Source of the DNA: an uncultured Candidatus Saccharibacteria bacterium
Lineage (GTDB): Bacteria > Patescibacteriota > Minisyncoccia > UBA6257 > JAKLIH01
DNA: 64,000 nt
Assembly: GCA_964475745.1 (NCBI GenBank)
Contig: CAYYXO010000002.1
Location: 11,679-75,678, forward strand
Reading direction: 5' to 3'
The notes under the pieces are model-generated. The model worked only from the letters and a program-made list of their open reading frames with translations, was not told the DNA's origin and searched no databases. This document shows positions 28,273 to 39,638 of the stretch, in pieces. A program made the position numbers and the translations under genes. How positions within the stretch are numbered: the stretch's first letter is position 1; the number at the start of each line of letters is the position of its first letter.

Positions 28273-29274
28273 ATGAAAAAAATAATTTTTGCTTTTGGTT
28301 TGCTTTTTGTTTTTAGTTTCGTTTATTTAAGTATTAATAAAAAAACTACTTTAGAAGAAAAGTATTTCATTGTTGAACCTAGGCAATCTTTTTTATCAAT
28401 AATTGATGATTTGCATAGCGAAGGAATAATTAAAAATAGATATTTTTTCAAAGTTTTTGTTTTTTTGAGAGGAAGTCATAGGGATTTTAAACCAGGCGAA
28501 TATTATTTTAATGGCAGTTATTCAATGAAAAATATTTTAGAAGAGCTAAAAAACAACAAAGGTATATCAGTAACCATAGTTGAAGGCTATAATATTTATC
28601 AAATAGAAAAATTGCTTTTAAAAAATGAAATACTTTCATCAAAAGGAGAGCTAGTAGATTTTCTAGTCAAAGATGTGGATCTGAAAAAATATCCTTTTTT
28701 AAGATATGTTCCACCAGAAAATAATCTAGAAGGATTTCTATATCCTAATACCTATTATTTTTTAAAAAATACTAGCATAGAAAGAGTGGTAGAAAACTTT
28801 TTAGATCATTTTAATGAAAATATTTATATATTAGTTAAAGATAAAATAGCTTTAGACGAGTTTTATTATAAGCTTATAAAGGCTTCTTTCTTGGAAAAAG
28901 AAATATATCATAAAGAAGATATGCCTTTAGCATTAAGCGTAATAAATAACCGTCTTGATATTGGTATGAGGTTGCAAATAGATGCTACTTTATGTTACCC
29001 AAAATTTATGTTACAATATGAAAAAGACCAGGTTTTAAGATGCAATCAGGTTTTAGCAAGCGATAAGCAGATGACATCAGAATATAACACTTATAGATAC
29101 GCTGGCTTAACCAGAACGCCAATATCAAATGTTAATTTTGAAACCTTTAAAACTGTTTTAGAAGAAATTACTTCAGATTATTTCTATTATATAACAACTC
29201 CTCAAGAAAAAGATACTGTTTTTGGTAAAACATTAGAAGAGCATAATCGCAATATACAAAAATATTTAAGATAA
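28273..29274 (+). CDS. mltG: endolytic transglycosylase MltG
   Basis: VTIVEG, LEGFLYPNTY, ASFLEKE, LQIDAT, YNTY. Confidence 0.92.
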   Translation: MKKIIFAFGLLFVFSFVYLSINKKTTLEEKYFIVEPRQSFLSIIDDLHSEGIIKNRYFFKVFVFLRGSHRDFKPGEYYFNGSYSMKNILEELKNNKGISVTIVEGYNIYQIEKLLLKNEILSSKGELVDFLVKDVDLKKYPFLRYVPPENNLEGFLYPNTYYFLKNTSIERVVENFLDHFNENIYILVKDKIALDEFYYKLIKASFLEKEIYHKEDMPLALSVINNRLDIGMRLQIDATLCYPKFMLQYEKDQVLRCNQVLASDKQMTSEYNTYRYAGLTRTPISNVNFETFKTVLEEITSDYFYYITTPQEKDTVFGKTLEEHNRNIQKYLR

Positions 29275-29289
29275 TTTTATAAAATAATA

Positions 29290-29913
29290 ATGGAAAACAA
29301 AAACTTTATAATTTCAAAAATGAGTAATTTCCTAAGCAAACTACCAAGCATTGGCCCTAGGCAAGCGAAGCGTTTAGCTTACTACATAGCCAGATTAGGA
29401 GCTAATAATGTAGAAGAAATTGCCAAGCTATTTTGAGATATAGCAAACAATGTTGATGTTTGCGAAGATTGTTTTTCTGTTTTTGAAAGAGAATTCAAAG
29501 ATCAGAAAAAGTGCGCTATTTGCTTAAGCACATTAAGAAAAAAGAAATTTATTTGTGTTGTTGAAAAAGACACCGATCTCATTTCTGTTGAAAAAACAGG
29601 GAAGTATAAAGGAGTTTATTTTGTTTTAGGTGGGCTGTTAAATTCTTTTGAAACAAATATTGATGACAAAGTAAAAATTAAAGAATTAGTTGAGAAGATA
29701 AAACATTCATTAGAAAATAAAGAGCCAATTGAAGAAATTGTTTTGGCTTTAAATCTAACAGCAGAAGGTTGCTTGACTGCAGGAGAAATCAAAAAGCAAC
29801 TGCAACCCTATAATATTAAAATTACTCAGTTGGGAGTTGGTTTGCCTATTGGCAGCGAGGTTGAGTTTGCTGATACCGAAACATTGATAGAATCCTTTAA
29901 GAATAGGGGGTAA
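29290..29913 (+). CDS. recR: recombination mediator RecR
   Basis: LPSIGPRQAKRLA, CxxC..CxxC, ICVVE, YFVLGG, GLPIGSEVEFAD; absent from ORF track. Confidence 0.93.
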
Positions 29914-29976
29914 AGTTATGTTTTTTAAAGGGCCAAATAGCCCAGTATTTAGGGGAAAAAGTGTTAATAATAGCTA

Positions 29977-30043
29977 TTGACAAACGTGATTATTTTTGAT
30001 AATATATAAAAGCAATACTTCAGTAGGAAGTGTTCTTTTAAAC
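29977..30043 (+). promoter_or_regulatory. 16S rRNA promoter and boxA-like site
   Basis: TTGACA at 29977, TAATAT at 30000, TGTTCTTTTAAAC at 30031. Confidence 0.6.
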
Positions 30044-30150
30044 TTGAAAATTTAGATATACCACAACTAACAAATTCAAAGTTTTTTAGTTGCTCTAAAG
30101 GTTTATTTTTTTTGAATAAATTTTGTATATTTTATATACAGTTGTTTTTT

Positions 30151-31676
<1,526 letters not shown>

Positions 31677-31949
31677 AGGAATCTTTGTTTAATTTGATTC
31701 GTCAAATTAAACTATTCCAAGGTCGTCCCGAATATTTTTTAAATATTTTGGAACTTGTTAAACTAAACCTGCTGGAGCAACTAAAAAGTTTTGAATCAAA
31801 AAAGGATACTATTTATTTAGTGTCCTTTTTTGTTTTAGAAACGGTGTGTTGGCTTGCAAAATGACATCTTTTGTGGTAGAGTATCTATGTTTGAAATTTG
31901 CTGTTTAAAAGATGAAAAGGCCGGCGGGCATACGCAGGAGGAAATTTTT

Positions 31950-32426
31950 ATGAGTATTATTGATGATAGTTTGGTTCAGGAAGCGTTAGATTTATCTGGT
32001 CCGACAATTGAAACCATACTGAAAAACCCCAAGTCAACTTGGGGGCCAAAGTATGTCGAAGTTTTTATTATTGAGCGAGACGATGTTAGCGCATATACTG
32101 CCGTTATAGGAGAGAAAGAACCCTGGGATCCTTCCTGGGGAGAAGAGCTCGACTATGATTTTTTGTTTGTAGCAGAACAAAAGGCCAATGCTTCTCTTAG
32201 AGAAAAGGCGGACACGTCTTTTCTAATTGAGCAATCCCCATGGTTGCTTGAAGAAGGAGAATTTTTGTATCCCGGAGGCGTCTATTACGGCGGGGTTGCC
32301 GTTGGTGTTTCTGGAGCAAAAGGTATTGTCGATGAAGGAATAGCAAAAATCCTGATCAGTGCTATTGTTATGCTCGCAAAGCAGAAAACGCAAGAAAAGA
32401 TAAGAAATGATGATTACCAAGTGTAA
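31950..32426 (+). CDS. hypothetical protein, possible GlcG/HbpS-like fold (SD-led orphan)
   Basis: AGGAGG before ATG; GGV..GGVAVGVSGA...DE motif; 4 Trp all TGG. Confidence 0.7.
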   Translation: MSIIDDSLVQEALDLSGPTIETILKNPKSTWGPKYVEVFIIERDDVSAYTAVIGEKEPWDPSWGEELDYDFLFVAEQKANASLREKADTSFLIEQSPWLLEEGEFLYPGGVYYGGVAVGVSGAKGIVDEGIAKILISAIVMLAKQKTQEKIRNDDYQV

Positions 32427-32437
32427 CATCGAAAAAG

Positions 32438-32473
32438 CAAAAGGAACTTGGCGCGACGCCAAGTTCCTTTTTT
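32438..32473 (+). terminator. terminator
   Basis: AAAAGGAACTTGGCG-CGA-CGCCAAGTTCCTTTTTT. Confidence 0.85.
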
Positions 32474-32574
32474 GATTTTGCAGCATATGTGCCAATATCG
32501 CCACCAGATATGGACAAAATAAGATTTTTATGATATAATATAAATAGAAAAATAGATTGAATTAGGAGGTAAAA

Positions 32575-32997
32575 ATGTATGAACTTTTTGAAAAATTATT
32601 AGAGGCCACCAAAAAGGGTCTTGTAAAATGGAAAAAAGTTGGAGAAAAAGTCGTTGTTCCAGGTTATACAGAAGGGTTTCAGCAATATGAAGCTATCATA
32701 GAAGAAAAACGAATAAAAACTTTTGTTCAGCTTAAGGCCGTTGTTAAAAAAAAGGGGTTATTTAATAAAAGAAGCGTCGAAGAGGCTAGTTGGGTGTTTG
32801 GTGTTTTTCTCAATGATTTTGCTCTTATAACCTCAAACGAAGAGGCTTTGAGGAGCGATATTATGGTAACGAGCTCCTTTCATGAGCTCAAAATGGTAGA
32901 TTTCTTTTATTCGCTAGAGGAGGCAGTTCGAGAAAAAGATCTACTCGAGTCCATTGACGCAGATCTTACTGAATTATTGTCCTTGTCGATTAAGTAA
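32575..32997 (+). CDS. hypothetical protein (SD-led orphan)
   Basis: own promoter TGGACA..TATAAT, AGGAGGTAAAAATG; 2 Trp both TGG. Confidence 0.75.
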   Translation: MYELFEKLLEATKKGLVKWKKVGEKVVVPGYTEGFQQYEAIIEEKRIKTFVQLKAVVKKKGLFNKRSVEEASWVFGVFLNDFALITSNEEALRSDIMVTSSFHELKMVDFFYSLEEAVREKDLLESIDADLTELLSLSIK

Positions 32998-33246
32998 ATA
33001 ATCACAAAAACCCTACAACGAAGCGTAGGTAGCTCAATTAATCTTAATTGGGCTTTTTTATTTCCCTTTTTTGATTTAGAACTTGTTTTTTGTTTTAAAA
33101 TTTAGTATATTTTATTCAAAAGAAAGTTTCGATAAAAGCTTAAGCGATGGCGGCAGTAGTAGCGGAAAATAATAAAATCAAAGTTGTTTTGAAAAAGGAG
33201 GGGCAATTGCATGTCCCTCTATTAAATCAAAATAAAATTTATAATC

Positions 33247-34446
33247 ATGAAGTGGAAAATTATAAAAAATGATAATCCATATAAAGAATATTCTGATTTT
33301 GAATATTTGTGGGTTGATATTTTTTTAAGTAAAGGCTTATTATATAGACAAGATTTAGTTAAAATTTTAAAGCATTTTGACATAAATTTTGTTGAAAAAA
33401 ATTGAGAAGAAAATATTTCTTTAGGAGAAATGGGCACGGTGCTGCATGGAGATGTTAAAAAAGATGTGTTGTTGCCGTTTCTACAAAATTATATACATCA
33501 AAATTACCCAAAGATATTTGGCTTTGAAGAGGCAAGTAAAATATATAATGCTTTGATAAAAATAGACAGTCAGTTAAATATTATAAAACTTTGGTTTGCT
33601 TTTGAATGCGATAAATACGATAAAAATTTAAAAAGTTTTTTGGAAGAAAAACTCCTTGACTTGACAAAGGGAGCTAGAGTTAAAGATAATGCTGAAATTG
33701 GGTTAAGCGAAGAAAAAGATAATTATTGTCAATGATGTGTGGTTGATATATTAACTCAAATGTATAGATTATCTTTTATAAACGAAGACATCAAAAAAAA
33801 TTATTTTGAAGAAAATTATGATGAATTTCGTTATCAATGATTGATAATTATTTTATGCAGAGAATTATTGCCAAGAAAAGATATGTTGGCATTTTTAAAG
33901 CATTATGACATGCGGTTTTTTGGAATAAATTGAAAAAATAGAATTAAATTAGAAGAAATGGGTTGGGTAATTTTGCATGATGTTGAAGAAGATGATCTTT
34001 TTGATTTTTTGTCAAATTATTTAAAAGAAAAATATCCAAAACTTTTTTCTTTTGAGGAAGCATGTAAAATTTTTGACGCATTGTTTTATTTAAAAAATGA
34101 AATTCAAATTATGGAAGTGTGGTTAAATATGGCTGATGAATCTCCGTATGTTTCTTACATGAGAGAGCAACTCGATTATTTAAAAGAGCAAAGAGAAGGG
34201 GGGGTTTTTGACGAATCGCCAAGCATGGAAGAAAAAAGAAAAGAAACAGGTCTTTTTAGAAGAACAGCGCAAGATGTTATTTTGGCTTTGTATGAATTAG
34301 CCATGAAAAACTATTTTAAAAAGAAACAAAAGGCAAGTCCTAGTCATCTTTATGGCAATGAAAGCTCTAAAGGCCATGATGACTCGGCAGCGGTTAAATG
34401 CATGCAAGAATATCTATCAAGAAAAAAAGCTGAAAATGACTTTTAA
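33247..34446 (+). CDS. hypothetical protein with tandem duplicated domain of about 180 aa
   Basis: one frame through 4 TGA; two alignable repeats (KHFD..NW..EMG..NYPKIFGFEEA / KHYD..NW..EMG..KYPKLFSFEEA). Confidence 0.8.
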
Positions 34447-34606
34447 TGCTCAGTATGATTATTTATTGATAAAGTAAATATTCACAGAGTAAACAATCGA
34501 CAAGCAAATGACTTTTTCTAAATTAACCCTGTAAATAATAGCTTTTTTGGAGGGGGTTGATTTTTAAACTTATTTTGACTATACTTTATTTAGTTAAAAA
34601 AGAAGT

Positions 34607-35317
34607 ATGGCAACAACAAAAAGGTATTTTTACTCAAATGAGTTTTATCATATTATTTTAAGAGGTATTGATGGAAAAACTTTGTTTTTAAACGACCAAG
34701 ACTATTTTAGAATGATCAATGGCATGTTTGTTTTTAATGATAAAGGGTTAATAGGTTCTTCTTTTCGACACAAAGGATGTCCAAATGATAGATTTGAAAG
34801 AAAAAGAAAAGGGCCTTTGGTAAATATACATGCTTTTTGCTTAATGCCAAATCACATTCATTTTTTGTTGGAACAAAAGGTTGAAGGGGGTCTGTCAAAA
34901 TTTATGTTAAAAATAGGAGCCGGCTATGCGGCTTTTTTTAATAATAAATATAAAAGAAAAGGCCATTTGTTTCAAAGCAGATTTAAGTCGGTTTTAATAA
35001 AAGATGATGATCAGTTGGCAGTAATTTTTTCTTATATCCATACAAATCCGGTTTCTATAATAGAACCTAATTGAAAGGAAAAGGGTATAAAAGATTTTAA
35101 AAAAGTTAGAAATTTTATTGAAACCTATAGGTGATCAAGTTATGCTGATTATTTAGGTAACAAAAATTTTCCAAATTTAACAAAAAGAAATTTTATGCTT
35201 CAAGATCAAAATCAACGCGCTTGAAGAAATTTCGTAGAAGACTGGCTAAAGTATAAGGCAGAGTTGTTTGAGCGTTTTTTTAAAGACAAAGGCAAAGATA
35301 GTTATTTATTGGAGTAA
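34607..35317 (+). mobile_element. Y1 HUH transposase (IS200/RAYT family)
   Basis: FYHIILRG, AFCLMPNHIHFL (HUH), HLFQSRF, YIHTNP, YR(W)SSY. Confidence 0.88.
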
Positions 35318-35330
35318 AAATCTGAAAAAA

Positions 35331-35483
35331 TTAAAAGCTAAAGAAAGAAAGGACGACCCCAGGGGTCGTCCTTTTTGAAAAAAGCAGCACTGTTTTGTCC
35401 ATTATAGCACTGGCGATGCTCATTGGGTGATTTTTCCAAAAAAGCTTCGCCTCTTTGTAAAGTTCACTATCGGTTATATCCAT
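35331..35483 (-). CDS. possible 50-aa small ORF
   Basis: MDITDSELYKEAKLFWKNHPM...; downstream of a perfect minus-strand promoter. Confidence 0.3.
   Translation of the reverse strand: MDITDSELYKEAKLFWKNHPMSIASAIMDKTVLLFSKRTTPGVVLSFFSF
35348..35374. repeat. REP-like perfect palindrome next to transposase
   Basis: AAAGGACGACCCC-A-GGGGTCGTCCTTT, 13-bp arms, 1-nt loop. Confidence 0.7.
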
Positions 35484-35524
35484 TTCGTCATCTTTTTTAA
35501 TGTTCTTTCGATAAAGTTGATTAT

Positions 35525-35553
35525 ATTATAGCCTTTTTTATTAAATATGTCAA
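35525..35553 (-). promoter_or_regulatory. perfect-consensus sigma70 promoter on minus strand
   Basis: reverse complement TTGACA-17nt-TATAAT. Confidence 0.7.
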
Positions 35554-35841
35554 CACCATGCTTAGCGAGTTAAATTTCAAAGCCCATCATGGTGTTGGCC
35601 ATCATTTCAGCTTAATCAATTACAACGTAGCAAGGCAACGTTGTATATTCTCCTTTGATTAATCAGGCCTAACGCTACCTGGTAACGGAGGGAGGGAGTG
35701 GTTTGTGGGGATATTTGGTGGTTGTTTTATATTACGTAGCGGGAGGGGATCTTGGTGTTATTTTAAATTATGCAATGCGAGTGGTTGTATAAATGATATA
35801 AATATGCTAAAATTGATTTAAATAGCTTAATTGTATTATTT

Positions 35842-36783
35842 ATGAATGATATATCAAAAAAAAAGGAAGAGTTTCTTTTAAAAATTATGAGTTCAACAAA
35901 CGCTGATAAATTTAAAAGATATTTAGGAAGCCCATTGCGATATGCAGGAGGTAAAACATTGGCTGTCGGGTATATTGTAAAATTGTTGCCTAATAAAATA
36001 GATAGAGTTGTTTCGCCTTTTTTAGGGGGGGCTTCAGTTGAAATTGCCTTGGCAAAAGAGCTGGGACTTGAAGTTATCGGGTATGACATTTTTGACCTAC
36101 TGATAAATTATTGGAAGAACCAAATTAATAATCCTGAGCAGCTGTATCAGAATTTAAGAATATTGGCAAACACAAAAAATAAATATCAAGAGGTAAAAAA
36201 TATTTTAAAAAATATATGAAATAAAAATGATGGCCTGTTGAAAAATGATTTTTCTAGTTTAGAATTGGCAACTTATTATTATTTTAATCATAACTTAAGC
36301 TATGGACCTGGATTTTTGGGATGGATGTCGTCAAATTATTTAGATAATAAAAAATATGATTCAATGTTGAAAAAAGTTAAGAATTTTAAGGTTTGTAATT
36401 TTCATGTTCGTACATCAAGTTTTGAAGAAGCAATCCCGATGCATAAAAAAGATTTTTTATATTTGGACCCGCCTTATTATTTAGACGGAGACAGTAAAAT
36501 GTTTAAAGGGATATATCCAATGAGAAATTTTCCAATACATCACAATGGCTTCAACCACGAATTATTATTTAATTTGTTAAAAAATCATGATGGCGGTTTT
36601 ATTTTGTCATATAATGATTGCGAATGGGTAAGAAAAAAATATAAAAATTTTAAAATTATAGATATTGAATGGCAATATACAATGGGACAAGGGGAGACAA
36701 GAATAGGTAAAAACAGATTGTCAAGAAATTATGACAATAACAATGTAAAAAAATCTCATGAATTATTAATTATAAATTATTAA
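35842..36783 (+). CDS. DNA adenine methyltransferase (Dam/D12 class)
   Basis: SPLRYAGGK, SPFLGGAS, YLDPPY; single TGA at 36217. Confidence 0.92.
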
Positions 36784-36798
36784 ATATAAAATAGCGAT

Positions 36799-37398
36799 AT
36801 GTTAATTAAAAAAGTAAAAACAGCTTTTAAAATAGCAGACGTTGAGCTTGTAAAGAATACAACAAAATTAAAATTTAATTATTTGTCCACCATAAAAGAT
36901 GAAAATAATAAAATTTTACCAAAGGACATTCTTACTAAAAATTACGCAAGAGTTTATCTAATTGTTGTTGACGGAGAGATAAAAAAAATAGGGGCGTCGC
37001 AAGATAAGGGGGGAATGAAGGGGACGTTGAGTATTTATAAAGATGGTGGCGTAAAAGGAAGGCCAAGCATAAGAAGTTTCGGCATCTGGTATTTTTTGTA
37101 TCGTACTGCGATGCAAGGTAAAAAAATTGAGTTTTATATGATATATCATGACAATTTCAATTTTGAGATTAAGGGTTTGTTACAAACATATCAAACAACA
37201 TTAGCGAGCATAAGCTGTAAGCTTATTGAATATTATTGTGTTAAAGATTATTTGTCGATGGAAAACAATCATTATCCAGACTGGAATGTTCAAGAACAAG
37301 CAATGGATTGGCCAGAAGAGGTTAAAAGAGAACATTCTAGAATAACAGCAGGTAGTTTAAATAATAAATCTAAGAGAAAAAAAATGAAAATGGCATAA
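36799..37398 (+). CDS. GIY-YIG family restriction endonuclease (Hpy188I-like fold)
   Basis: RVYLIVVDGEIKKIG variant of GIY-YIG; directly after the MTase. Confidence 0.7.
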   Translation: MLIKKVKTAFKIADVELVKNTTKLKFNYLSTIKDENNKILPKDILTKNYARVYLIVVDGEIKKIGASQDKGGMKGTLSIYKDGGVKGRPSIRSFGIWYFLYRTAMQGKKIEFYMIYHDNFNFEIKGLLQTYQTTLASISCKLIEYYCVKDYLSMENNHYPDWNVQEQAMDWPEEVKREHSRITAGSLNNKSKRKKMKMA

Positions 37399-37412
37399 CA
37401 ATAAATGATTTA

Positions 37413-37754
37413 ATGCCGTTTCTTAAAAGCGACCAAAATCCAAATGGATCTATAATTAGTTTGTCGGATTTGTATCTGTCTATTTGTTATGGCATGAGAT
37501 ATGAACCAGCAAGTGGTTATTGACTTTCTAACGCTGATTTTTATAGTTTTACCCCTGATACAGATAAAATAGGCAGTCAAATAAGGTATTATCTTCAAGT
37601 TCCAGATATTGAAGAAATTATGGAACCAATAGAGCCTGAAGATGAAGGCAATGAAGAGGAGGAGGAAGGGGATGGCGAAGAAGGGGATTTTGAGGAAGAA
37701 TTGTTGTACGAAGAAGGTGGCCTTGAGGAAGAAGAAAATGAAGAGACTGAATAA
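37413..37754 (+). pseudogene. acidic-tailed ORF, probably 3' remnant of a larger gene
   Basis: open frame with one TGA ending in Glu-rich tail; frame stays open into the 3' end of the endonuclease gene. Confidence 0.45.
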
Positions 37755-37779
37755 AATAGTAAAAAAGATGAATTGTGAA

Positions 37780-37810
37780 AAACACTGGCTTTAAAAGCCA
37801 GTGTTTTTTT
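37780..37810 (+). terminator. terminator
   Basis: AAACACTGGCTT-TAA-AAGCCAGTGTTT plus T-tract. Confidence 0.8.
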
Positions 37811-37862
37811 GTTTTCTTTGAAATTATGCTATAATAGGAGCATATAAAGTTAATATTACATT

Positions 37863-38831
37863 ATGGACAATTGTCAAATAAAATTTTGTCAAAACAATAA
37901 GCTGATTAATAAGTTTTATTTTCTGGTTAATTTAGCTAAGGTGGCTAAGTGAAAAGATAAATCCATGGGGATTGATTTTTTTTCTGGCTATAAAATAAAT
38001 AAAATTTCTAAAAAGGAAATTGAAAAATTTAAGAAAATTTTCAAAAAAGTAGAATATTGAGATATAGAAAGAGTTTTTTACCAAGCTAACACTGAAGCAG
38101 GCGCTTTAAAAGGATTGTCAAAATATCTTGCAAAAAGTGATATATTGGAATTGAAAAAAATATTTAATTTTTTTGAAAAAGACTTTCTAACTCTTTATAA
38201 TAGTATTGATAAAAAACATAGCAAAGAATTAAAGGATCTATGAAAAAAGACTGAATACCAGAAGATTTTAAAAAAGCTGATTTATTTATTTGGAGACAAA
38301 AAGAAAAAATATAATCTAAAGGTAAAGATAGTATTTGAAAAAAACTTTGATGGTGTTTTTAGAGGCACAGTTTATGACGAAAATATTGTTTTGGAGGTGG
38401 CTGACTTAAAAGATAGATTTGATTTGTTGGAAAATATTATTTTTGTTTTGCTACATGAAATTACTCATGTATTTGTAAAAAGTAATGAGCTTATAAAATT
38501 TACAATAAATAAACTCGGCATTACTCGAAATACTGTTAATGTGATTAAAAAATATAATATTGATTTTGATAATTTTGCAGAAGAAATTTTGATCAGAATG
38601 TTTCTTACAAGAGGGTATTTTCGTGATAAAAACAAAGAACGTTTTTTAAATAATAAAAAAATAACTTGAAAACATGCAATAAATCAAAATCAAATACAAT
38701 TGCATTGTTTTAGTATGATGCTATATAAAAGTATGCATAAAGATGTTGAAAAATATGTTAAAAAAAACAAGAAAATTGACGATGAATTTTTATCAAAAAT
38801 GATAAAAATAATTAAAAGCAAGGTTAAATAA
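37863..38831 (+). CDS. hypothetical protein with HExxH zincin-like motif
   Basis: single frame through 4 TGA; LLHEITH plus downstream AEE. Confidence 0.7.
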
Positions 38832-38958
38832 AAAGAGCGGAGAAGGCAATTTTTTTGGTTAAATTAGGCTAGTAAATGCTAGCTTTTTGAGGTATTGCAT
38901 AAAATTAAAATTGTTGATACATTGAGGTTGGCTTAATAAAAATTTTAAAAAATGTATC

Positions 38959-39533
38959 ATGATTTTATCTGACAAGGATATTAAAAAAGCCATTAAAGAT
39001 GGCGACTTGGTTTTTCGAGAGAAGCTTTCTTCTGAGCAGATTGAAGCAGCGTCAATTGATTTAAAATTGGGCCCAATTTTTAAAACTTTTAAGCATACTA
39101 GTGAGTCGTTATTGGATTTGAAAAAAGGAATTGACTTTGGTAAAATCATGAGCACAGAAGTGGTGGATAAAAAGAAGGGGTTTATTTTGCATCCAAATAG
39201 ATTTGTTTTGGTGAGCACAAAAGAATATATGAAGCTGTCAAACAAAGTGGCGGCAAGGGCAGAGGGCAAAAGTAGTTTAGCAAGAATGGGACTTTTGGTG
39301 CATACAGCTGGTTTTATTGATCCGGGATTTGAAGGAACAATTACTTTGGAAATAAGTAATCAGGCTGAAATTCCTATAGTGCTTTATCCTGATATGTATA
39401 TTTGTCAGATTGCTGTTGAATCTTTGTCTAGTCCATGTGAATTTTCATATAAAGAGAGAAAAAATCACTTTATCAAGACTCGGAAGGGCCAAAAGAGGCA
39501 AGTGCTCAAAACTTATTTAAGAAGAAAAAATAA
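38959..39533 (+). CDS. dcd: dCTP deaminase (-1 frameshift near C-terminus)
   Basis: MILSD, ASIDLKLG, EGKSSLARMG, TAGFIDPGFEGTITLE; plausible C-terminus lies in the -1 frame. Confidence 0.9.
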
Positions 39534-39539
39534 AGATAA

Positions 39540-39571
39540 AAAAGCCAGGTTAACTTTTAACCTGGCTTTTT
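39540..39571 (+). terminator. terminator after dcd
   Basis: AAAAGCCAGGTTAA-CTT-TTAACCTGGCTTTT. Confidence 0.8.
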
Positions 39572-39638
39572 GATGCTTGCTTTTTATTTTTTTATCTGTT
39601 AAAATATTTTTATATTAATAGTAATAAATTTTATTATT

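Noticed and set aside
33147-33275. Short ORFs and an SD upstream of the duplicated-domain gene
   Set aside because: AAGGAGG is followed by ATG-TCC-CTC-TAT-TAA (4 codons), and the 42-codon ORF has no other support.
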